Of a DNA stretch of 64,000 nt, positions 30,658 through 38,920 are shown piece after piece. Position numbers and translations under genes: made by a program. Numbering within the stretch: the first letter of the stretch is position 1; every line of letters starts with the position of its first letter. Source of the stretch: an uncultured Planctomycetales bacterium (GTDB taxonomy: Bacteria > Omnitrophota > Gorgyraeia > Gygaellales > Profunditerraquicolaceae). The notes under the pieces were generated by a model, which saw only the letters and a list, made by a program, of their open reading frames with translations, did no database searches and was not told where the DNA came from. Location: NCBI GenBank assembly GCA_964487475.1, contig CAZAPM010000003.1:62778-126777 (forward strand). The letters run 5' to 3'.

Positions 30658-31695
30658 TCAGAGGCCGGCGTACTCTTCGGCGATATCCAGCACCAGACGC
30701 TCGGAGGCTTCCCAGCCCAGGCAGGGGTCGGTGATCGACTTCCCGTACACGCCGCCGTCGACGTCCTGGCCGCCTTCGACCAGGTAGCTTTCCACCATCA
30801 GCCCCTTGACCAGGGAACGCAGCACGGAAGAATGCTTGAGGCTGTAAAGCACCTCCTTGGCCACCCGCGGCTGCTGGTCCCACTGTTTCGCGGAATTGGC
30901 GTGGTTGGTGTCCACGATCACCGCGGGATTGGCCAGCGTCCGCTGACGGTAGAGCTCGGCAAGACGGATCATATCCTCGAAATGATAGTTCGGCATGCTC
31001 TGCCCGTATTGATTGACCGCGCCGCGCAAAATGCAATGGGTATAAGGATTGCCGGAAGTTTTCACCTCCCAGCCGTTGTAGGTGAACACGTGGGGGGCCT
31101 GCGCCGCCTGCACCGCGTTAAGCATAACGCCCAGATTACCGCTGGTGGGATTCTTCATCCCGCAGGGAATATCCAATCCGCTGACGGTCAAACGGTGCTG
31201 CTGGTTCTCCACGGATCTGGCGCCGATGGCCACGTAACTTAAGACATCTTCCAGATACGGATAATTCTCGGGGTAGAGCATTTCATCCGCGGAGGTCAGC
31301 CCGGATTCCGCCAGCGAACGCACATGCATGCGCCGGATCGCTCTGATCCCCTCGACGATATTAGGGGCCTCCAGAGGATCGGGCTGATGCATCATACCCT
31401 TATACCCCTCCCCGGTGGTGCGGGGCTTGTTGGTATAGATGCGGGGGATCAGGATCAGCGTATCCCGCACCTTATCCTGCAGCCTGGCCAGGCGGCCGAC
31501 ATATTCGCAGACCGCTTCCTCGTTATCCGCGGAACAGGGCCCGATGATGAGCAGGAATTTTCCGCTGAGGCCGGAAAACACCTCGCCGATCTGCCGGTCG
31601 CGCTCCAGCTTGACCTGACGCTGCGCCGAAGAAAGCGCCGTTTCGGCGATGATCTCCTTGGCCGCGGGTATCTTACAGATATAGGAAAAACTCAT
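30658..31695 (-). CDS. 3-deoxy-7-phosphoheptulonate (DAHP) synthase, class I
   Basis: 345 aa with LIIGPCS, KPRT and ..HFEDM.. motifs typical of the AroF/G/H type I-alpha family. Confidence 0.9.
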   Translation of the reverse strand: MSFSYICKIPAAKEIIAETALSSAQRQVKLERDRQIGEVFSGLSGKFLLIIGPCSADNEEAVCEYVGRLARLQDKVRDTLILIPRIYTNKPRTTGEGYKGMMHQPDPLEAPNIVEGIRAIRRMHVRSLAESGLTSADEMLYPENYPYLEDVLSYVAIGARSVENQQHRLTVSGLDIPCGMKNPTSGNLGVMLNAVQAAQAPHVFTYNGWEVKTSGNPYTHCILRGAVNQYGQSMPNYHFEDMIRLAELYRQRTLANPAVIVDTNHANSAKQWDQQPRVAKEVLYSLKHSSVLRSLVKGLMVESYLVEGGQDVDGGVYGKSITDPCLGWEASERLVLDIAEEYAGL

Positions 31696-32630
31696 AGGGC
31701 ACCTCGTTCCAGATCCTGATAGGCATTATAGACATCCAGCGCTACCGATGCAATGAATCTTTTCGCCTGACGGGTATTCGGCGCCAGCCGGGTAAGGATA
31801 CACACCAGAAAATCCCCCTGCGGCGCGGCAATGATCCCGCAATCATGGCAGACGCTGCGCTCCAGGCCGGTCTTATGCGCCACGAGCGCATCCTCCGGAA
31901 GCCGGGCGGGAAGCCGGTCCCGCACCTTCTGCTGCACCAGGAACTGCAGCCCCTTTTCCGACGCGGCGCGGCTGACCACCTGCTTGCGGTAGAAGGACTC
32001 CAGAATACGCGCCATGTCGCGGGCCGTGGTATAATTCTCCACGCCCTGGCTGCGGGCCTCGAAATCCATCATCTTGCGCGAAAGATTGGTATGTTCCAGT
32101 CCGGCCTCCCGGAAAAAACCGTTGATATACTCCATTCCCAGGGTATCGGTAAGCATGTTGGCGGCGGTATTGTCGCTGGTGGTGATCATCAGCTGCACCA
32201 GCTTTTCCACGGATATCTTGAGGCCGCAGGGCATCTGGTCCAGGTCCCCCGAACCCGGGGTCTTGCACTCGGGCCCCAGGGTCTTAAGCTCGGAAAAATC
32301 GAGTTTGCCCTGCGCCTGGGCCTTGAAACACGCGGCCATAAGCGGTACCTTCACCACGCTTGCCGCGGGCATCGGCACCTCGTCCTTGGAGGAGAACTCC
32401 CATCCGGTCTTGAGGTCCTTGACCACCACCCCCGCCTCCCCCTGAAAACGGGAGATCTCCTCGCGCAGCGAAACGGTAAGGGATTGCCAGAGCACCTTTC
32501 GCTTCTCCAGGAGCGCGCGCTGACGCTGCGCTTCCTTCACCTGCCGGTGTATTACCACACCCCCCAGCACCGCCGCTGCCAACACGGCAACTGCGGTCAC
32601 GGAGATGATGACGGTTTTACGGTTTACCAT
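31692..32630 (-). CDS. Class A beta-lactamase-like serine hydrolase
   Basis: 312 aa with signal/anchor, SVVK (SxxK), SDN and KTG motifs. Substrate unknown. Confidence 0.75.
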   Translation of the reverse strand: MVNRKTVIISVTAVAVLAAAVLGGVVIHRQVKEAQRQRALLEKRKVLWQSLTVSLREEISRFQGEAGVVVKDLKTGWEFSSKDEVPMPAASVVKVPLMAACFKAQAQGKLDFSELKTLGPECKTPGSGDLDQMPCGLKISVEKLVQLMITTSDNTAANMLTDTLGMEYINGFFREAGLEHTNLSRKMMDFEARSQGVENYTTARDMARILESFYRKQVVSRAASEKGLQFLVQQKVRDRLPARLPEDALVAHKTGLERSVCHDCGIIAAPQGDFLVCILTRLAPNTRQAKRFIASVALDVYNAYQDLERGAL

Positions 32631-33250
32631 GCGTTCCAGTGGATGTTCTTCTCGTCGAATTTATCTTTGGGTTTTTCCGCTCCCGTGGGATGCCCCACCG
32701 GGATGACGTTAAGGGGCACGACGTTCTCCGGGATACCTAAGACCTTGCGCACCAGCGCCACGCGCTCTGCGCCGGGATATACTCCCGTCCATACCGCTCC
32801 CAGTCCCAGGCCCTCCGCGGCCAGAAGCACGTTTTGCGTCGCGGCGGAACAATCCTGCACCCAATACTCTCCGCCCTCGCCCGGAAGCGTCTTCTCCCGC
32901 ATCCCGCAGACGACCACCGCGCCGCCTGCCTCATTGAGCATCTTGGCATACGGCAGGCCTTCCGCCAGTTTCTGCAGCACGGCCTTATCCGTCACCAGGA
33001 CGAACGCCCAGGGGCGCTTATCCATGGCAGTGGGAGCGGCCATCCCGGCGCGCGCCAGCTGCTCCAGCAGCGCCCGCGGCACCGGAGCTCCGGTGAACGT
33101 GCGTACGCTTTTCCGGGAATAGATGGTATCGAAGATCCCTCTCTCGGGAGTGGGACCTCCGGCCGCATCCTTTTGATCCGCGGGTGAAGCCGCCCACGCT
33201 ACCGTCGCCGCTGCGATCGTCATCAGCACCGTAACACAGATTTTTCTCAT
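32624..33250 (-). CDS. Nitroreductase-family protein, secreted
   Basis: 208 aa with a signal peptide and nitroreductase fold (..SVRTF.. ..RPWAFVLVTD..). Confidence 0.8.
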   Translation of the reverse strand: MRKICVTVLMTIAAATVAWAASPADQKDAAGGPTPERGIFDTIYSRKSVRTFTGAPVPRALLEQLARAGMAAPTAMDKRPWAFVLVTDKAVLQKLAEGLPYAKMLNEAGGAVVVCGMREKTLPGEGGEYWVQDCSAATQNVLLAAEGLGLGAVWTGVYPGAERVALVRKVLGIPENVVPLNVIPVGHPTGAEKPKDKFDEKNIHWNAW

Positions 33251-33295
33251 GGAGTCCTCCCTGTATAGGGGATTATATTAACTTGAGTTACCGCT

Positions 33296-34279
33296 TCAGG
33301 CAAGGAATTTCGAAAGGAAATTAAAGAGATAACCGGTAAGGATGATCGCGCAGGTAGTGATACCGAAGAACACGGCAATGAGCGGCAGTTTCATCGCCCG
33401 GCGCAGCATGATCGCCTCGGGCAGGGAAAGCGCGGCCACGGCCATCATAAAGGAAAGCGCCGTGCCCAAAGGGATACCTTTCTGAAAAAGCACCACTGCC
33501 ACCGGAACGATCGCCGCGCAGCTGCCGTACATCGGCACCCCCAGGAGGGTAGCCAGAGGCACGGAGAAGATACCGGCGCGCGCGATCGCATTCTGGATCA
33601 GCTCCTGCGGCACATAATTGTGGATCAATGCTCCCAGCGCGACACCCGCCAGGATCCAGAGCCAGAGCTTTGCGACAATGGAGACCGCCTCATTGATCCC
33701 GAAACGGATGCGGGAAACCATCCCCTCATACCGGATGCAGGCGCAGGAAACAGCCGGATCGGCGGACGCGCTCCCTGCGGAGGGATCCAGCATATCCTTT
33801 TCCAGAAACCGCTCCAGGGAAAGCTTTCCCAGTACCAGGCCGGAGAACACGCCGATAAACATCCCGCTGATGACATACGCCAGCGTGATCTTCCATCCGA
33901 AGAACCCCAGCATCAGCACCACCAGATACTCATTGATCAAAGGAGAGGTGATCAGGAAGGAAAAAGTCACCCCTAAAGGCACGCCGGCTTTCAGGAACCC
34001 GAAGAAGAGCGGGATGGAAGAACAGGAGCAGAACGGGGTCACGGCGCCGAAAATCGCCGCCAGGAAATTCCCCATCCCCCCTCCCTTGGCCAGCCATTGC
34101 CGTATCTTCTCCTGGGGAAGGTACGTGCGCAGGAACCCGACGACGGCGATCATGCCGAACAACATCAGCATGAGCTTGAGGGAATCGTATACGAAGAAAT
34201 TCACCGCCTGCCCGAGATGCGAATCCGCATCCAGGCGCAGCAGGGAGTATACTATCCCGTCCGCGATCAGCTGCAGCAT
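33296..34279 (-). CDS. DUF318/ArsP-like permease
   Basis: 327 aa with two homologous halves. The signature [10 protein letters not shown] motif is present. Confidence 0.8.
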   Translation of the reverse strand: MLQLIADGIVYSLLRLDADSHLGQAVNFFVYDSLKLMLMLFGMIAVVGFLRTYLPQEKIRQWLAKGGGMGNFLAAIFGAVTPFCSCSSIPLFFGFLKAGVPLGVTFSFLITSPLINEYLVVLMLGFFGWKITLAYVISGMFIGVFSGLVLGKLSLERFLEKDMLDPSAGSASADPAVSCACIRYEGMVSRIRFGINEAVSIVAKLWLWILAGVALGALIHNYVPQELIQNAIARAGIFSVPLATLLGVPMYGSCAAIVPVAVVLFQKGIPLGTALSFMMAVAALSLPEAIMLRRAMKLPLIAVFFGITTCAIILTGYLFNFLSKFLA

Positions 34280-34419
34280 TTCTTTTCCTTATCCTTACCC
34301 TCTGCGCCGCCGCAGCAGCCGCAGGATGACCGGGATTTTTCCGCCAACTTCTTATCGAGCTTGTCAAAAAACCTGGCCAGTACGCCCTTCTTTTCCGAAG
34401 TCTCTTTCTTCTGATCCAT
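34267..34419 (-). CDS. Unannotated 50-aa Cys-rich ORF ([50 protein letters not shown]) translationally coupled to the DUF318 permease
   Basis: Found by manual translation. A perfect SD AAGGAGG lies 5 nt upstream of ATG 34419. Its TGA overlaps the permease start region (..AAATGCTGCAGCTGA..). It is below the 60-aa cutoff of the ORF track. Confidence 0.5.
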   Translation of the reverse strand: MDQKKETSEKKGVLARFFDKLDKKLAEKSRSSCGCCGGAEGKDKEKKCCS

Positions 34420-34428
34420 GGATCCTCC

Positions 34429-35352
34429 TTATGTCAGTGCTGCGTGAGCCCGCGCCTTGGAGCGCAGGAAAAAATATCCGATGATACCGATCGTGGCGGC
34501 CGGGGAAGCCCACTCCGGCAGATGCACCCCGAAACTCCTGGCGATCATGAACGATCCCAGCACCAGCACGGAGTACATCGCCCCGTTCTTCAGATACACG
34601 TATTTTTTCACCCGGTCGATGTTGCCGACGGTCAACTGCCGCACCACCAACGCGCCCAGGCCGTTGCCGGCCAGGATCAGCGGCACGGAAAGGGTGAAGG
34701 CGAAGGCGCCCAGCACTCCGTCGATGGAAAAAGTGGTGTCGATTATCTCCAGGTAAAGGATCTTGCTGACGTCGGAGGCCGAAGAGTGCAGCAGCTCCTT
34801 TTCCTTGGCTTCCGCGCTGCTCTTGAACCCCTGGGTGATGAAGAACGCGCTCGAGCCGACCACCGCGCCGAAGGCCATGAGCGGATCGCGCGCCAGCGAC
34901 CACCACACCAGCAGGCAGAGCAGGAGAGAGACCACGGCGTAAAACCAGAACCCGTTGCGGTAAAAGAACGGCTCCAGGGGCAGCCCGAAATGTTTTTCCT
35001 CAAGGAAGAGCCAGTAAAAGAACAGGAACACCAGGAAGACCCCGCCCCCCATGAGCAGCACCGGCGCGGAACGCTCGATGGCCTCGATGGCGGCGGTATT
35101 GCCGGAAAAGGTCGCAGTCAGCGCGCCCCACATCCCCAGGCCCGGCGCCGAAGCCCAGACGATCACCCAGGGCAGCAGGCCGCGGACCACGAACACCGCG
35201 AAAAGGATACCCCAGAGCAGGAACCAGCGGCGCGCTTTCTGGCCCATCCCAGAAAGAACCTCGGCGTTGATGATGGCATTATCGACGCTGCTGATGGACT
35301 CGAAAAGGCACAGCCCTACTACCGTGAACAATGCGGAGAAAATATTCACCAA
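34429..35352 (-). CDS. TerC/DUF475-family integral membrane protein
   Basis: 307 aa, multi-pass. The SVDNAI motif recurs in a TerC-like duplicated architecture. Confidence 0.65.
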   Translation of the reverse strand: MVNIFSALFTVVGLCLFESISSVDNAIINAEVLSGMGQKARRWFLLWGILFAVFVVRGLLPWVIVWASAPGLGMWGALTATFSGNTAAIEAIERSAPVLLMGGGVFLVFLFFYWLFLEEKHFGLPLEPFFYRNGFWFYAVVSLLLCLLVWWSLARDPLMAFGAVVGSSAFFITQGFKSSAEAKEKELLHSSASDVSKILYLEIIDTTFSIDGVLGAFAFTLSVPLILAGNGLGALVVRQLTVGNIDRVKKYVYLKNGAMYSVLVLGSFMIARSFGVHLPEWASPAATIGIIGYFFLRSKARAHAALT

Positions 35353-35405
35353 TGATACCTCATCATGATGGAATGAACATCGACCGCTATCATACCCGCT
35401 CCATA

Positions 35406-36563
35406 TTACCCATCAATGCATCCGCTGTCAACGGAATTGCGCCGCGCCAGGCCGGAGAGGAACCGGGACTTCCACTCCCCCTCCTGCCACTCCCCCTCTG
35501 CGGTGGAATCCCACACGATCCCGCCTCCAATCCCCATCTCTCCGGAGTGCCCCTTAAGCAGCGCGGTACGGATGGGGATATTGAACATCATCTCCCGCTC
35601 CGGGGTCGCGTATCCGATCGCTCCGGTGTAGATACGGCGGGGTTCTCCCTCCAACTCCCGGATGACCTCCATGGCCCTGATCTTGGGCGCGCCGGTCACC
35701 GACCCGGAAGGGAACAGCGCGGAAAATAGGTCCGCCAAAGAAAGCCCGTGCGCCACCCTTGCCTTCACGGTCGAGGTCATCTGGAACAGCGTGCGGTAAC
35801 GCCTGACCTCGAAGAGCTTGGGCGCCCTAACCCGGCTGCCGATCCTGCCCAGGTCGTTACGCAGCAGATCGGCGATCATCAGGTTCTCCGCCCGGTTCTT
35901 GGGGTCGAACTTCAAACGCATCCCCCCGAAGGCATCCTTCAAGAATCCGCCGCTGCGCGGCCAGGTGCCTTTCATCGGCTTGGAAATGATCCGTGCGCCA
36001 CGCTTACGGATGAATAGCTCGGGAGAAAGCGAGAGGATCGAATGGTCTGCGGTCTCCACGAACGCGGGGTACGGCACCGGCTGCTGCCGGAAAAGCTCCC
36101 GGTAAAGCGCCCGGGTATCACCCCGGTAGGTAAAAAGCATCTTAAAACAGTACGTGATCTGATAGACGTCGCCGGCGGCAATGTATTCGCGGATGCGCCG
36201 GATATCCTCCCCGTACCTCTCCCGGGTGATATTCCTCCGCAATCCGCACACCCCTTCCCCGGCCAGGTCCTTATCCCGGAGGACGCGGGAAGAACGGAGG
36301 ATGCTCACCCCGGAGGGGGGTTTTGCGTACACCCCCAGGCACAGCAAAGGGAAATCCTCCGGCTCATACAGACGGGTAAGCGTATCCTCGAAGCCGTAGC
36401 CGGATTCGTAAGAAAGGAATCCCGCGATATAATTGCCTTCGGAAAGCGCGCGGTCCGCATCCGCCAAAGCCTCCCGCATCTGCGCTGGCCGCCGTGCCAC
36501 GATGAGGCGCGTGGGATCCTCAAAACACAGAGGATTGCCGTCGAACTCGGTGCACACCCGCAC
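35406..36563 (-). CDS. Chorismate-binding enzyme, PabB/TrpE family (aminodeoxychorismate or anthranilate synthase component I, short form)
   Basis: 385 aa with a C-terminal chorismate-binding domain (..GAIGY.., ..GGGIVWDS..) and a PabB-like N-region. No amidotransferase partner in the window. Confidence 0.75.
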   Translation of the reverse strand: MRVCTEFDGNPLCFEDPTRLIVARRPAQMREALADADRALSEGNYIAGFLSYESGYGFEDTLTRLYEPEDFPLLCLGVYAKPPSGVSILRSSRVLRDKDLAGEGVCGLRRNITRERYGEDIRRIREYIAAGDVYQITYCFKMLFTYRGDTRALYRELFRQQPVPYPAFVETADHSILSLSPELFIRKRGARIISKPMKGTWPRSGGFLKDAFGGMRLKFDPKNRAENLMIADLLRNDLGRIGSRVRAPKLFEVRRYRTLFQMTSTVKARVAHGLSLADLFSALFPSGSVTGAPKIRAMEVIRELEGEPRRIYTGAIGYATPEREMMFNIPIRTALLKGHSGEMGIGGGIVWDSTAEGEWQEGEWKSRFLSGLARRNSVDSGCIDG

Positions 36564-36566
36564 GGT

Positions 36567-36782
36567 TTATTTTACCCCGCACTTCCTCAAGATCGTCATC
36601 ATCGGGCACCAGTTGGTAAAGGCCGACTGAAAGAGGTTGGCGCCCACGAAGGCGGCGAACCATATCCAGCGGGAATCCACCAGGATCGCCAATGCCACGC
36701 TGATCATAATGAACGCGCCGGCGATCCCTCTGAGCATCCTCTCCAAACTCACCCCCGTCGGGGAACAGCATGACTGTGCCAT
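36567..36782 (-). CDS. DUF2892 (YgaP-like) small membrane protein
   Basis: 71 aa with a GxxRxxxG...QSAFTNWCP signature. Confidence 0.7.
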   Translation of the reverse strand: MAQSCCSPTGVSLERMLRGIAGAFIMISVALAILVDSRWIWFAAFVGANLFQSAFTNWCPMMTILRKCGVK

Positions 36783-36803
36783 GATCCCTCCTTGCGTCGC
36801 TCC

Positions 36804-38093
36804 TTAGAACGAATACCGCACACGCAGAAACGCGTTGCGGTTCTTTTTCATCATCCCGAAATCAGTGATCCCGTCCTCCCCCCAGGGCAGGTTCACCCCG
36901 AAGGTCAACTTCCATTGATCGGTCAGGTCATACGCCAGGGACGCGCGGACGTAGCCGTCCTTATCCGAAGGGGACCAGAAATTGAATATCCCCGCCATCA
37001 CGGTCTGGTTCTTGTACAATTTGGTGATGCGCTGCGTCAGCAGATGCCGGTACTCATCCCAGAAATAATCCCGGGGCAGGAGCGCGGCGGAATAATCCGC
37101 GTAATTGAGTTTCTGTTCGAAGAGATACTGCACGCCGGCCTTCAGGTCGTTGCCAAAATCCTTTTCATACCCTGCCATCCATTTCAGCATCGAGTTCTCG
37201 ACCAGACGGTCTCCTCCGCTGCCGTCCTGGCGGGAGCGGTAGTACCCCGCCTCCGCATTGCCGATTCCTCCGGCGAACGGGCCGCGGATACTGGCGCCAT
37301 AGGCATCCAGACGCTCGTACATGAGCATACGGTCCGCCTCGTCAAGATAACTGCGGGGGGAAGGATCGAACCCCCGGTAATAATACAGTGCTGCTTCATT
37401 GCTGCCGAAGGTGCGGTACAGCCGCAGGGCATACTGCGCGTTATTGCCCTGGTGTGCGGGCCTGATCGCGGTACGCTGCGACTGCCGTCCGGCGATCCCT
37501 CCCTGGTAACTGTCGAAAAAAGAAAGCCTGTCCCCCTCCGGCATGGTGTTGGAGGTGAAATGCGGGATCACGGCAAAGTCGATGTTCACCGCCTCGGGAT
37601 ACAGGGAGATCCGCACGGCATCGGAGGGCTTTTTCAGGTACTCGTCGTCCCGGCCGATATAAAAGGACACGTAATCCTTCGGGAAAAGATCGTTGATGAA
37701 AAGATAGTCCCCGGTCCCCCAGGTCAACACCTGGCGGCCGACCTTAAAATCGATCCTCTGCGCAGGGCTGAAAGCGAAGTTCCCTTCCCGGATATCGAAG
37801 GAGCCCGTGGTATCGAAATACTCGTCGAGCAGAAAGTCCCCCTTGAAGGCAAGCACGCCGTTCCAGCGGGAGAGCGTATTCTCGCCGGGGATGCCGTAGC
37901 GGGTCTTAAGCTGCAGCCGCTGCTCGAGCAGGTTGTACCCGTCGTGCTTGGTCAAACCGTCCCGGCCGATACGGCTTCCGTAGGCGTGTTCCACGAAACC
38001 GTGCACCTCGGGCAACTCCGCGGCTGCGGCCAGGGGTGTCCCCATCAGGAGCGTCCCTAAAAGGGACGCTCGCAAAGGGGACACCCATCGCAT
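36804..38093 (-). CDS. Outer-membrane beta-barrel protein (C-terminal aromatic, ..RVRYSF)
   Basis: Signal peptide from MRWVSPLRASLLGTLLMGTPLAAAAE, alternating beta-strand pattern and a terminal Phe. The start is uncertain (M1, M8 or M18). Confidence 0.6.
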   Translation of the reverse strand: MRWVSPLRASLLGTLLMGTPLAAAAELPEVHGFVEHAYGSRIGRDGLTKHDGYNLLEQRLQLKTRYGIPGENTLSRWNGVLAFKGDFLLDEYFDTTGSFDIREGNFAFSPAQRIDFKVGRQVLTWGTGDYLFINDLFPKDYVSFYIGRDDEYLKKPSDAVRISLYPEAVNIDFAVIPHFTSNTMPEGDRLSFFDSYQGGIAGRQSQRTAIRPAHQGNNAQYALRLYRTFGSNEAALYYYRGFDPSPRSYLDEADRMLMYERLDAYGASIRGPFAGGIGNAEAGYYRSRQDGSGGDRLVENSMLKWMAGYEKDFGNDLKAGVQYLFEQKLNYADYSAALLPRDYFWDEYRHLLTQRITKLYKNQTVMAGIFNFWSPSDKDGYVRASLAYDLTDQWKLTFGVNLPWGEDGITDFGMMKKNRNAFLRVRYSF

Positions 38094-38128
38094 CGGATGC
38101 CTCGCGTTCCCGTGACCGTGCATATCCC

Positions 38129-38920
38129 TCACTCCTTGAGCCACTGCTGCGGAGGATTGCGCAAGAAACGTTCGGAGAATATCTCGTCCTTCAGGCCGAC
38201 ATCATACTGCATATCGGAAAACTCCGTCACGGTGCTGGCCCCGGAGTTCATATCGGACGCCTTCATCCTGGTCACCGTAGGATAACCCTGCACCTCCTTG
38301 ACCTCCAGCGCCTCGATGATACGGTAGGGTTTTCCTTCCTTATCGAAATACTCCGCCTTCACCGGCACGAAATTCTGCTTGTCTATCGATACGGTATAAT
38401 ACGAGAACTCGACCAAATTGGCATCCTTAGGGATGTTCTTGACCTTGTAATACTTCTCATCCGCACCCAGGCTCTCATGCGTATCCATATCGATGCCGCG
38501 GCCGGAGATATCCTCGTAAAGGAAGGTGGTCCCGGCAAAGCTGGAGCGCTTGTCCGATGCGGCGATGCGGCGCACCAGGTCCATGGCGGGAAGATAGAGC
38601 CACCGGTCGTCATCCTTACCCGCATGCTTCCAGACGATGTAGCTCATGCCTTTGACATCGGTCGGCTTGTGGAAATACACGTAATACTTCTGGTCCCCGC
38701 CCTCCTGCAGATTGAGCTTCAATATGGTCAGCTGACGCACCCGCGTCCTGCCCTGCGCGTCGGTAACGGTCATGGTCGCTTTGGCCCGCCCGTCCTTGCC
38801 CTGGTAATAGGAACGGTTGTTGGCTTTTGTCACGATCTCATTGACCGAAAGTTCCTGCGCCCAGGCACTGACCGCCCAAAACGCACACGCCACACCTGCC
38901 AGATATGCGAACCTTCTCAT
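38129..38920 (-). CDS. LolA-like outer-membrane lipoprotein-sorting / lipid-carrier protein
   Basis: Signal peptide MRRFAYLAGVACAFWAVSAWAQE and a LolA-like beta-barrel body. Its ATG overlaps the RND stop as ATGA (38917-38920). Confidence 0.6.
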   Translation of the reverse strand: MRRFAYLAGVACAFWAVSAWAQELSVNEIVTKANNRSYYQGKDGRAKATMTVTDAQGRTRVRQLTILKLNLQEGGDQKYYVYFHKPTDVKGMSYIVWKHAGKDDDRWLYLPAMDLVRRIAASDKRSSFAGTTFLYEDISGRGIDMDTHESLGADEKYYKVKNIPKDANLVEFSYYTVSIDKQNFVPVKAEYFDKEGKPYRIIEALEVKEVQGYPTVTRMKASDMNSGASTVTEFSDMQYDVGLKDEIFSERFLRNPPQQWLKE

